DNA of 64,000 bases from Mesorhizobium sp. 65-26 (GTDB lineage: Bacteria > Pseudomonadota > Alphaproteobacteria > Rhizobiales > Rhizobiaceae). Positions 44,699-53,120 of this stretch are shown piece by piece. The number at the start of each line of letters is the position of its first letter. The stretch's first letter is position 1. The position numbers were made by a program, and so were the translations under genes. The stretch lies in assembly GCF_001899205.1 (NCBI RefSeq), contig NZ_MKVL01000010.1, positions 117,166 through 181,165 on the forward strand. Reading direction: 5' to 3'. The notes under the pieces are model-generated. The model searched no databases and was not told where the DNA came from. It saw only the letters and a program-made list of their open reading frames with translations.

Positions 44699-45643
44699 TC
44701 AGACGGTGATCGCCTCCGGCCCGGCGCCGCAGACGATGGCGCAGACGCGCTCGCCCTGCTTCAGCCGCACGCGCCGGTTGGCGAGCGCGGCGATTGCGGC
44801 GGCGCCGCTGAGGTCGGCGGCGAGCCCCATCTCGAACCACAGGCTTTTCGCCGCGGCCAGCATCTCGGCATCGCTGACCAGCACGATCTCGTCGACATGG
44901 TCGCGAACCATCTCGAAGATGCGGTCGTCGGTCCTGGCGCAGGCCATGGTCGCGACGCTGGTGGTCACCTTGTCGAGGCCGACATTGTGGCCGGCTTCCA
45001 GCGCCTTGAGCAGCACGGGGCAGCCTTCGGCCTCAATGCCGACGACGCGTACCCGGGGCGCCAGCGCCTTGATCGCGGTGGCGACACCGCTGACCAGGCC
45101 GCCGCCGCCCATGGCGACGAGAATGGTGGTGACGTCGGGCATCTGGCCGAGGATCTCCAGGCCGACCGTGCCCTGTCCGGACACCACGTCCGGATCGGCG
45201 AAGGGGTGGAAATAAGCGGCTCCGGTCTTGCGCACGAAGTCTTGCGCGGCCGCATTCGCCTCATGCCAGACGGAGCCGACGATGTGGGTGTCCGCGCCCC
45301 ATGCCCGGAGCTTCTCGATCTTTGCTGGCGAGGCGTTGGAAGGCAGGAAGATGGTGGCCTTGACGCCGGCCATGTGGCCGGCGCGGGCCGTAGCGATGCC
45401 GTGGTTGCCGCCCGAGGCGGTGACGATGCCATGGCTGAGGGCGGCGGGGTCCATCGACAGCAGCCGATTGGTTGCGCCGCGCGCCTTGAACGAGCCGGTG
45501 ACCTGCAGCAACTCCAGCTTCAGCATCACCTCGGCGTCGCCGGGCAGCGGCGTCTTGAAGGCGCTGGCGGCGATCATCGGCGTGCGCCGCACCTGGCCCT
45601 CGATGCGCCGGGCGGCGGCGTGGATGTCGTCGAGGCCGATCAT
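44699..45643 (-). CDS. PLP-dependent threonine/serine dehydratase (EutB-like)
   Basis: KLELLQVTGSFKARGA, TASGGNHG, GQGTVGLE, MGGGGL. Confidence 0.93.
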   Translation of the reverse strand: MIGLDDIHAAARRIEGQVRRTPMIAASAFKTPLPGDAEVMLKLELLQVTGSFKARGATNRLLSMDPAALSHGIVTASGGNHGIATARAGHMAGVKATIFLPSNASPAKIEKLRAWGADTHIVGSVWHEANAAAQDFVRKTGAAYFHPFADPDVVSGQGTVGLEILGQMPDVTTILVAMGGGGLVSGVATAIKALAPRVRVVGIEAEGCPVLLKALEAGHNVGLDKVTTSVATMACARTDDRIFEMVRDHVDEIVLVSDAEMLAAAKSLWFEMGLAADLSGAAAIAALANRRVRLKQGERVCAIVCGAGPEAITV

Positions 45644-46647
45644 GCGAGCTCTCCCTCGTAGCGGCGCGCGACGGTGACGCAGCAATTGCCGATCACGACG
45701 CGGCCGGGCTGCCGGCGGCCATAGACGATGCCGTCGGAGAGGTAGAACACGGTTTCCGGCTCGCGCGCCGGGTTGGCGAGATTGTGGATGCGCCCGGCTG
45801 CCTGGCCGGCATGCACGGTTGCACCAAGCGCGTGGAACGGCTCGAACACGCCGTCGGTGGTGGCCAGCACGTAGCCGTCGTGGCCGGGAATGCGCAGGAT
45901 GTTTTCCGGCCGCGCCTCGGGCGTCTCGCCGGTGGGCGGTAGCACGCCGAAATGCCCGAGCACGTTGCGCACGCCGCGCCGGCAGATGGCGAGCGCGTCG
46001 AGCGAGACGGTGCCGGCGCCCGCCATCTCGGTGCCGACGGTGGTCAGGCCCGCCCGCACCGAGGTGGCGGTCGAGGTGCGCGGCTCGCCGAGATTGTCGA
46101 TGACCACGGTGAGCGGGGCGTCGAACGCCAGCACCGCGTCTATGTTGCGCTTGCGGTGCACGGGGTCGGGCGCTGGCTCGATGATGGCGCTGGGCAGGAT
46201 GTTGAGCGAGGAGCCGCCTGAATGGAGGTCGACATAGGCCTGGGCGAGCGGCATCACGACATCGCTGACATAGGCCGAGATCTGCTGCGTGATGGTACCG
46301 GCGGGGTCGCCGGGGAAGGTGCGGTTGAGGTTCAGCCCGTCGACCGGCGAGGTGCGCCGTCCGGCGAGCACTGCCGGCACGTTTATGGCCGGCAGGAAGA
46401 TGATGCGGCCGCTGACCATGCCGGGGTCGAGTTCGCGGATCAACTCGCCGAGCGTGATCGGCCCCTCGTACTCGTCGCCATGGTTGCCGGCCTGCAGGAT
46501 GACGGTGGGGCCCCTTCCATTGGCGATCACGGCGATCGGAATTCGGGTCGCGCCCCAGGCGTCCTCATGCGGCGAATGCGGTATGTCGACGAAGCCGACC
46601 TGTTTGCCGGTGCGGTCGAAGTCGATGGTGGTGCGGGCGGTGGACAT
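45640..46647 (-). CDS. Succinylglutamate desuccinylase/aspartoacylase-family deacylase (EutE/DoeB-like)
   Basis: GNHGDEYEGP, NLNRTFPGD, DLHSGG, TEMAG. Confidence 0.9.
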   Translation of the reverse strand: MSTARTTIDFDRTGKQVGFVDIPHSPHEDAWGATRIPIAVIANGRGPTVILQAGNHGDEYEGPITLGELIRELDPGMVSGRIIFLPAINVPAVLAGRRTSPVDGLNLNRTFPGDPAGTITQQISAYVSDVVMPLAQAYVDLHSGGSSLNILPSAIIEPAPDPVHRKRNIDAVLAFDAPLTVVIDNLGEPRTSTATSVRAGLTTVGTEMAGAGTVSLDALAICRRGVRNVLGHFGVLPPTGETPEARPENILRIPGHDGYVLATTDGVFEPFHALGATVHAGQAAGRIHNLANPAREPETVFYLSDGIVYGRRQPGRVVIGNCCVTVARRYEGELA

Positions 46648-46737
46648 GCTGGCCGTGTTTCCGTTGGCGAGGGAAGCCCGGCGGAGCCGGGATTGCGGGG
46701 AGGTCGCGGCGGCGGAGCCCAATGCTCCCCCGCCTTT

Positions 46738-46773
46738 GCGCATGACCCCGACGATCGCGACGGGATCATGCGC
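46738..46773. repeat. REP-like hairpin between SBP gene and deacylase
   Basis: GCGCATGACCCCG-N10-CGGGATCATGCGC (12/13 inverted match). Confidence 0.55.
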
Positions 46774-46790
46774 GAAATCAAGGTGCCGGG

Positions 46791-47579
46791 TCAGATCGGC
46801 GGCAGGCTCGGCAGGGTGGTGCCGATCCATTTCTGCGACAGCGCCGACAGCGAACCGTCCAGCATGCCGAGATGGATATAGGTATCGAGCCAGCGCAGCA
46901 ACTCAGGGCTGCCCTGCTGGATGCCTATGTAGCAGGGCGAGAACTGGAGGATGAACTTGGGCTTGAGCTGGACCTTGGGATCCTTGTCCATCAGGTCCTT
47001 GGCAACGACGTCGGCGGTGGCGAGCAACTGCGCCTGGCCCGAGGTGAAGGCGGCGGCGGCGGTCGCGTCATCGTCGAAGCGGACGATCTTGGCGTTGGGC
47101 GCGGCCTTGGTCAGTTCCAGGTCCTGCGTGGTGCCGCGCGCCACCGCGATGGTCTCGTCCTTGAGGTCGGTGGGGCTCTTCACCGCGATGCTGTCAGGAC
47201 CGAAGACGCCGATCGACAAGGCGGCATAGGGCGAGGTGAAGGCGATCTGCAGCGCACGCTCGGGCGTCGCGCCCATGGCGGCGATGACGATGTCGAGCCG
47301 GTCGGTGACCAGATAGGGCACGCGGTTGGCGCCGGTGATCTGCTGCAATTCGAGCTTCACGCCGAGCGCCTCGGCGATCTTTTTGGCCATGTCGACATCG
47401 AGGCCGACCGGCTCGTTCTTGGCGTCGACCGAGCCGAAGGGCGGCACGTCGATCGGCACGCCGATACGCACGGTGCCGCTGGAGAGGATTTTCTGCAGGT
47501 CGGCCGCGCGGGCCGGCAGGGCGGCGACCGCGCCGCAGAGCAGCACGGCCGCGAGGATCCTGGTGAGATGCTTTAACAT
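46791..47579 (-). CDS. Polar amino-acid ABC transporter substrate-binding protein (family 3)
   Basis: Signal peptide; GTVRIGV..DVPPFG, GLDVDMAK, ERALQIAFTSPY. Confidence 0.94.
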   Translation of the reverse strand: MLKHLTRILAAVLLCGAVAALPARAADLQKILSSGTVRIGVPIDVPPFGSVDAKNEPVGLDVDMAKKIAEALGVKLELQQITGANRVPYLVTDRLDIVIAAMGATPERALQIAFTSPYAALSIGVFGPDSIAVKSPTDLKDETIAVARGTTQDLELTKAAPNAKIVRFDDDATAAAAFTSGQAQLLATADVVAKDLMDKDPKVQLKPKFILQFSPCYIGIQQGSPELLRWLDTYIHLGMLDGSLSALSQKWIGTTLPSLPPI

Positions 47580-47608
47580 GGCAATTCCCCTGTGCTGGTT
47601 GATTTTTC

Positions 47609-48340
47609 TTAGTGGAGGACGGCGCTCAGGAAGCTCCTGAGTTCGGCCGTACGAGGCTCGACCAGGGTCTTACGCGCGGGCCCATCCTCATGGATGCGGC
47701 CCTGGTGCATGAAGATCACCCGGTCGGCTACGTTCTTGGCAAAGTTCATTTCGTGGGTGACGAGCATCATCGTCATGCCCTCGCTGGCGACACCTTCGAG
47801 CACGCGCAGCACCTCGCCGACCAGTTCCGGGTCGAGCGCCGAGGTAATCTCGTCGAAGAGCATCAGCGCCGGCTGCATGGCGAGCGAGCGGGCGATCGCC
47901 ACGCGCTGCTGCTGGCCGCCCGAGAGTTGGTCGGGATAGGCATCGAACTTGTCGGCGAGCCCCACCTTGGCGACCACCTCGCGGGCGACCTCGCGGGCGG
48001 CGGCCTTGTCCATCTTGCGCACCAGGCGCAGAGCCAGCGTCACGTTGCGCTCGACATTGAGGTGCGGGAAGAGGTTGTAGCTCTGGAAGACCATGCCGGC
48101 CCGCTGGCGCAGCAGGTTGAGATCCGCGCCCGGCGCGGTGACGTCGATGCCGTCGACGATGATGCGCCCGGCCTGGACCTTCTCCAGCCCGTTGATGCAG
48201 CGAAGCATGGTCGACTTGCCGGAGCCGGAGCGACCGATGATGGCGACGATCTCGCCCTTCTCGACGGTGAGCGAGATGCCTTTCAGCACCTCGACGGCGC
48301 CGTAGCGCTTGCGGATGTCGGCGAGCTCAACGAGCGACAT
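47609..48340 (-). CDS. Polar amino-acid ABC transporter ATP-binding protein
   Basis: GRSGSGKS, LSGGQQQRVAIAR, FDEITSALDPE. Confidence 0.96.
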   Translation of the reverse strand: MSLVELADIRKRYGAVEVLKGISLTVEKGEIVAIIGRSGSGKSTMLRCINGLEKVQAGRIIVDGIDVTAPGADLNLLRQRAGMVFQSYNLFPHLNVERNVTLALRLVRKMDKAAAREVAREVVAKVGLADKFDAYPDQLSGGQQQRVAIARSLAMQPALMLFDEITSALDPELVGEVLRVLEGVASEGMTMMLVTHEMNFAKNVADRVIFMHQGRIHEDGPARKTLVEPRTAELRSFLSAVLH

Positions 48341-48977
48341 GGAGTCTCCTTTCCAGCGCGCGGGCGAGCTGTGAGAGCGAGAAGCAGATGACGAAATAGA
48401 TCGCGGCGGCGGCGAGATAGACGGGCAGTGGCGCGAAGGTGGCGCCGCTGATGATCTGGCTGGCGCGGGTCAGTTCGACGAAGCCGATGAGCGCGGTGAG
48501 CGAGGTGTTCTTCACCAATTGCACCAGGAAGCCGACGGTGGGGGCGACGCTGATCAGCACGGCCTGCGGCAGCACCACATGGGTCAGCCGCTGCACGTAG
48601 GTGAGGCCGAGCGCCGCGCCCGCCTCCCACTGGCGGTCGGACACCGACTGCAGGCTGCCGCGCCAGATCTCGCCGAAGAAGGCCGAGGCATAGATCGACA
48701 GCGACAGCGCGGCCGCGGTCCAGGGCTGCACGGAGAGGCCGAACAGCGGCAGGCCGAAGAAGAAGACGAAGAGCTGGCCGAGCAGCGGCGTGCCCTGGAT
48801 CAAATTGATGTAGCCGACGGCCAGCCAGTTGAACGGCTTCAGCGGCACCACGCGCAGCACCGCCACGACGATGCCGAGCAGGCCACCGCCGACCATGGCG
48901 GCAAGTGCCAGCAGCAGCGTCCAGCGCGCGGCTTCGATGAGGTAGACGATGTCGGCGGCGCTGAATTCGCGGATCAT
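48327..48977 (-). CDS. Polar amino-acid ABC transporter permease
   Basis: MIREFS..., IQGTPLLGQL, EIWRG, QWEAG, VKNTSL. Confidence 0.94.
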   Translation of the reverse strand: MIREFSAADIVYLIEAARWTLLLALAAMVGGGLLGIVVAVLRVVPLKPFNWLAVGYINLIQGTPLLGQLFVFFFGLPLFGLSVQPWTAAALSLSIYASAFFGEIWRGSLQSVSDRQWEAGAALGLTYVQRLTHVVLPQAVLISVAPTVGFLVQLVKNTSLTALIGFVELTRASQIISGATFAPLPVYLAAAAIYFVICFSLSQLARALERRLHVAR

Positions 48978-49645
48978 CGGGCAGGCCTCCGCACGAAGAC
49001 AAGCCAGTACATGGCCGCGAAAAAGGCGCGGAAGCCGAGCGTCAGCACCAGGTAGGAGACGGTGATCAGCGCATAGGTCTCGAAGGAGCGGTAGGTGCGC
49101 GAGTCGATGAAGGCGGCCTGGTGGAACAGTTCGGTGGCGCCGATCGAGGAGACGACACTGGTGGCCAGCATGACCAGCACGAACTGGCTGGCGAGCGCCG
49201 GGTAAATGGCCTTCAGTGCCTGGAACAGCACGACATGACGGAAAGTCTGGCCCGCTGTAAGGCCAAGCGAGCGGCCGGCTTCGACCTGGCCCTGGCGCAC
49301 CGATTCGAAGCCGGCGCGCAGGATCTCGGCGCCATAGGCGCCCATGTTGACCGACAGCGCGATGAGGGCCGCCGTGTTGGCCGACAGCCTGATGCCGATC
49401 GAAGGCAGGCCGAAGAAGACGATGAACAACTGGACCAGCAGCGGTGTGTTGCGCAGAACCTCGACATAGACGCGGGCTGCGGCGCGTACCGGCGCCAGCG
49501 GGCTGACGGCCGCGATCGCCACGGCCAAGCCGATCGCCAGGCCGCACACCATGGTGACCAGCGAGAACTGCAGGGTCAGCAGGACGCCCTGCATGATCTC
49601 GCCGGTGTAGCGAAGCAGGACGTCAAATTTGAAATTGTAGCTCAT
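48974..49645 (-). CDS. Polar amino-acid ABC transporter permease
   Basis: LRNTPLLVQLF, AYGAEILRAG, GQVEAGRSLG. Confidence 0.94.
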   Translation of the reverse strand: MSYNFKFDVLLRYTGEIMQGVLLTLQFSLVTMVCGLAIGLAVAIAAVSPLAPVRAAARVYVEVLRNTPLLVQLFIVFFGLPSIGIRLSANTAALIALSVNMGAYGAEILRAGFESVRQGQVEAGRSLGLTAGQTFRHVVLFQALKAIYPALASQFVLVMLATSVVSSIGATELFHQAAFIDSRTYRSFETYALITVSYLVLTLGFRAFFAAMYWLVFVRRPAR

Positions 49646-49722
49646 GGATGCAGAGCGTCCTTTATGCAGCCACACCGATACAGCTATGTTCCGCACGGTA
49701 TTTGCTGGACATCAACGCTAAC

Positions 49723-49763
49723 GTCGCTTCATATGTGACGTCAAGCGTCACATATGAAGCGAC
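49723..49763. promoter_or_regulatory. Perfect 18-bp inverted repeat with 5-nt spacer, probable IclR operator
   Basis: GTCGCTTCATATGTGACG-TCAAG-CGTCACATATGAAGCGAC between divergent ABC permease and IclR; minus-strand TTGACG at 49739-49744. Confidence 0.8.
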
Positions 49764-49772
49764 AGAGCAATT

Positions 49773-50534
49773 ATGAACGACGAGAAGATGAACTACAGCG
49801 CGCCGGCCCTGGAAAAGGGGCTCGACATCCTCGAATTGCTGGCCAATGCCGGCCAGGCGATGGGCACGCGGCAGATCGCCGAGGAGCTCGGCCGCTCCAA
49901 GAACGAGATCTTCCGCATGGTTCATGTGCTGCTCGCGCGCGGCTACCTGCAGCGCGACGAGGGCGGCGAGGGGCTGATGCTGTCGAACAAGCTGTTCGGC
50001 CTCGGCATGCAGACGGCGCGCGCCCGCGACCTGGTCAGCACGGCGGCGCCCATCGTCGAGCGCTTTGCCGAGGAGGTGCACCAGGCGGCGCATCTCGTGG
50101 TGGCGCATCGCGGCGAGACGGTCATCATCGCCGCCGCTTCCGGCGGCGCCGACATGAACTTCTCGCTGAAGCTCGGCTATCGCCGGCCGCTTGCGGACGC
50201 CCATTCGGGGCTGGTGCTGATGGCTTTCCAGCCCAAGGCGGTGCGCGAGCGCATGGTCGCAGAATGCCTGGCGCTGATGCGCGAGCCGCCCGACCCGACG
50301 ACGCTTGCCGCCGAGCTCGACACGGTGCGGGCGCAAGGGGCGATCATCCATGAGAGCCGCGACATCATCGGCGTCACCGACCTCGTCTGCCCGATCCTTA
50401 CAAGCGACGGTCGCGCCGTGGCCTGCGTGACGGTCGCCGCCGTCAGCCGGCGCAGCGCCGCGCCCAATTTCGAGGCGATGCTGGAGCGGCTGAAGCTCGC
50501 CTGCGCCGACATCGCGCACGAACTCGCGGGGTAG
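49773..50534 (+). CDS. IclR-family transcriptional regulator
   Basis: YSAPALEKGLDILELLA, SKNEIFRMVHVLLARGYL, CPIL..DGRAVACVTV. Confidence 0.94.
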   Translation: MNDEKMNYSAPALEKGLDILELLANAGQAMGTRQIAEELGRSKNEIFRMVHVLLARGYLQRDEGGEGLMLSNKLFGLGMQTARARDLVSTAAPIVERFAEEVHQAAHLVVAHRGETVIIAAASGGADMNFSLKLGYRRPLADAHSGLVLMAFQPKAVRERMVAECLALMREPPDPTTLAAELDTVRAQGAIIHESRDIIGVTDLVCPILTSDGRAVACVTVAAVSRRSAAPNFEAMLERLKLACADIAHELAG

Positions 50535-50592
50535 GGGGCGCCAGGCCTGCAAGGCACGGACCAAGGCGGCGCTTGCGGCAACGGCCATCGCA

Positions 50593-51750
50593 TCACTCCA
50601 CCACGATGAGGTCTCGCTGGGTTCGGCCGAGCAGTTCGGCGCCCTCGTCGGTGACCAGCACATTGTCGATGATGCGGGCGCCGAGCCCTTCCGGGCCGAC
50701 GAAGACCGGGGGCTCCACCGTCAGCACCATGCCGGCCTTCAGCAGATACGGGCTGTCGCCGATCATGTGCAGCGGTTCGGCCCAGCTCGGCGGAAAGCCC
50801 GGTCCCAGCGAATAGCCCGACGTATGGACGCGGTAGGGCTCGAGGCCGGCGTTGCCGATGATCGCGCGCGCCGCCTGGTGCGGCACCGTTGCCGGCACGC
50901 CGTCGCGGATGGCGGCGATCATGGCGTCGGCGGCGCGCCGCACCACATCGTGGAGCTCGACCATGCGCGCGGTCGGGCGGCCGAGCGCGAACTGGCGCCC
51001 GAGTGTGGCCGTATAACGGTTGAAGGCAGCGCCGAGCTCGATGCTGCCGAAATCGCCGGGCGCGAGCCTGCGTGCCGTCGGCGCGCCGTGGCTGTAGGCC
51101 GAGCGCGGGCCAGAAACGAGGTTGATCGGACTGGCGGCGATGCCACTGCCATTGGCGAGCAGGGTCTCGTAGACGCCGCCGGCGAGCGCAAGCTCGGTGC
51201 GGCCGGCGGCAAGATCGCCGGCGAAGCGCGCCATGCCGAGATCGGCCAGCGCGGCGGCTTGCCTGACGAAGCCGATCTCGGCCGGCGACTTCACCAGCTT
51301 CAGCCCGGCGATCAGCTCGCTGGCATCGGCGGCAAGGGCAGCGCCAAGCACCTCGCGCAGCGCGAGATAGTGATGGGGATGGAGGTAGTAGGCCGGAACC
51401 TCCACGCCGACGCGGCCGCCGAGCAGGCCATGGCGCCGGGCCAGCCTCGCGAAGGCGGCGACCGGATCCTCGTTTTCGCCGCCGCCGAAGCCGTGCACCT
51501 CGTCGGCGAGGGAATCAGTCTCGAATTCATGCACCTCGCCCTGCCTGGCAAGCATCACCAGCGGCGCCCCCTCGGGGCCGACCAGCAGGCACTGGAATTC
51601 CTGGTAGCTCTTGGCGTCGGAGCCGGTCAGCCAATGGATCGAAGCGGGATGGATGGCGACCAGCCAATCCAGGTCGCGCGCGGCCATCTCATTGCGGACG
51701 CGAGCGAGGCGTTCAGCGAATTCGGTGGCGGTGAAATCGTGCCTCGACAT
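50593..51750 (-). CDS. M24-fold hydrolase, creatinase/ectoine hydrolase (EutD/DoeA)-like
   Basis: EFAERLARVR..M, LKLVKSPAEI, HTSGYSLGPGFPPSWAE (similar to EutD GYxIGxxYPPxWxE), TVEPPVF; several canonical M24 metal ligands replaced. Confidence 0.85.
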   Translation of the reverse strand: MSRHDFTATEFAERLARVRNEMAARDLDWLVAIHPASIHWLTGSDAKSYQEFQCLLVGPEGAPLVMLARQGEVHEFETDSLADEVHGFGGGENEDPVAAFARLARRHGLLGGRVGVEVPAYYLHPHHYLALREVLGAALAADASELIAGLKLVKSPAEIGFVRQAAALADLGMARFAGDLAAGRTELALAGGVYETLLANGSGIAASPINLVSGPRSAYSHGAPTARRLAPGDFGSIELGAAFNRYTATLGRQFALGRPTARMVELHDVVRRAADAMIAAIRDGVPATVPHQAARAIIGNAGLEPYRVHTSGYSLGPGFPPSWAEPLHMIGDSPYLLKAGMVLTVEPPVFVGPEGLGARIIDNVLVTDEGAELLGRTQRDLIVVE

Positions 51751-51763
51751 GGATCCGCCGCCT

Positions 51764-52972
51764 TCAATCCCGCGTGACCGCCATGGCTTCGATCTCGATG
51801 AGCAGGTTCTCAAAGGCGAAGCCGGCAACGCGGATGGCCGTCACCGCTGGGCCTGCCCCGGGGTAGAATTCGCGCTGGACGCGCTCGATCACCGCCCGCG
51901 TCGCCTCGATCCGTGGCCAGTCACCCTCGGCGTGGTAGTAGATGTAGAGCTTGGCGACGTCGCTTTCGTCGAGGCCGCCCTCGGCCAGCGTGCGGCGGAT
52001 GAAGTTGAAGACGTTGCGGGTCTGCGTCTCCATGTCGTCGCCGACGGCGCGGGCCTTGTCGTCGGCGGAAATCTGGCCGCCGATGAAGGCGAGCCTGCCG
52101 ATCTTCCAGCCTTGCGTGAACTGGGTGTTGGGAATGCTCCAGTCCCAATGGTTGGCGGGCTGCAGCCGCTGCTTGTCCTCGCCCAGCACGCCGATGCCCT
52201 CGACCTGGATCAGCTCGTCGGCGTCGCCCATGCCCTGGATGCGCAGGCCGGCGCCGGCCGCCGAAGGCACGGCCATGTAGCGGCGGCGCACATTGGTCAT
52301 CTTCTCCCAATAGTCGGTGACCTCGCGACCCTGGCCGAAGAAGCGGAAATAGGTGTTCTGCCGCATCAGGCTGTGGCGGTCGCCGCCGCCGGCGCGCAGC
52401 ATGGTGTCGAGGTTGCGGAAGGCCTCGTCGGTCTGCACCTCGATGTCGCCGAGGCCCAGCACCTTGCCATGGCTGTCGAGCGAACGCTGGCCGCCGATGA
52501 ACAGCATGTCGCCAACCTTCCAGCCCTGGACGAAGGGCAGGGCGCGCTGCCAGCGCCAGTGGCCGGGTGGGTCGAGAAGCTCGCGCGGGGTGTCGTCCGT
52601 CACCACCCAGGCGTCGATCATCAGCAGCGCGCCGGGCTTGTCGAGCCCGCAGCGTATTTCCGTCGTGGTCGGTCCGGGAGCGCTGAAGATGCCGGCGCGA
52701 ACCGCGTCCAGTTCTTCCAGGAAGGCGCCGACGGCGTCGGTCTCGCAGGTGAAGTAGACATTGTGTTTGACGATGTCGGCCATGCTCGCGCCGGCCTGCC
52801 GGAGCAATCTTGCGAGATTTTCGAAGATCAGCCGGGCCTGCCCGGCGACGCCGGTCGCGGCGATGTCGCCCTTGTCGTCCGTCGCCATCAGGCCGCCGAC
52901 GAAGAGGAGGCCGCCGGCCGCCACTGCCTGGGGCGCGCTGTCCTTGACGATGCTGAAACTCCGCATGCGCAC
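51764..52972 (-). CDS. Triple-domain Rid (YjgF/YER057c/UK114) protein
   Basis: Three consecutive Rid units: LFVGG..QARLIFENL..DIVKHNVY..LLMIDA; LFIGGQ..QTDEAFRNL..LIQVEG; AFIGGQ..QTRNVFNFI..DVAKLYIY..LIEIEA. RBS GGGGAGG before GTG. Confidence 0.9.
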   Translation of the reverse strand: MRMRSFSIVKDSAPQAVAAGGLLFVGGLMATDDKGDIAATGVAGQARLIFENLARLLRQAGASMADIVKHNVYFTCETDAVGAFLEELDAVRAGIFSAPGPTTTEIRCGLDKPGALLMIDAWVVTDDTPRELLDPPGHWRWQRALPFVQGWKVGDMLFIGGQRSLDSHGKVLGLGDIEVQTDEAFRNLDTMLRAGGGDRHSLMRQNTYFRFFGQGREVTDYWEKMTNVRRRYMAVPSAAGAGLRIQGMGDADELIQVEGIGVLGEDKQRLQPANHWDWSIPNTQFTQGWKIGRLAFIGGQISADDKARAVGDDMETQTRNVFNFIRRTLAEGGLDESDVAKLYIYYHAEGDWPRIEATRAVIERVQREFYPGAGPAVTAIRVAGFAFENLLIEIEAMAVTRD

Positions 52973-52994
52973 GTTGGCATCCTCCCCTTTTTGT

Positions 52995-53016
52995 ACTTAC
53001 TTACATGCAAGTAAGT
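52995..53016. promoter_or_regulatory. TetR-type operator palindrome ACTTACTT-ACATGC-AAGTAAGT
   Basis: 8-bp inverted repeat 23 bp upstream of the Rid start, overlapping a minus-strand TTGACG (53021-53026) promoter spacing; divergent TetR gene follows. Confidence 0.75.
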
Positions 53017-53120
53017 CGTGCGTCAATCGAGCGAGAAGATGGGTGGAGGTCGGCGCATGGGCATCGTCGAGCGGCTGTCTTTCTTTCTGGAAGCGCGCTG
53101 TTCGCCTGCGGCGCCCACGG

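Noticed and set aside
44699-51750. Canonical ehu/eut ectoine operon
   Set aside because: No EutA, EutC, aminotransferase, semialdehyde dehydrogenase or EnuR nearby, and the SBP lacks EhuB-like features; gene symbols were therefore not assigned.
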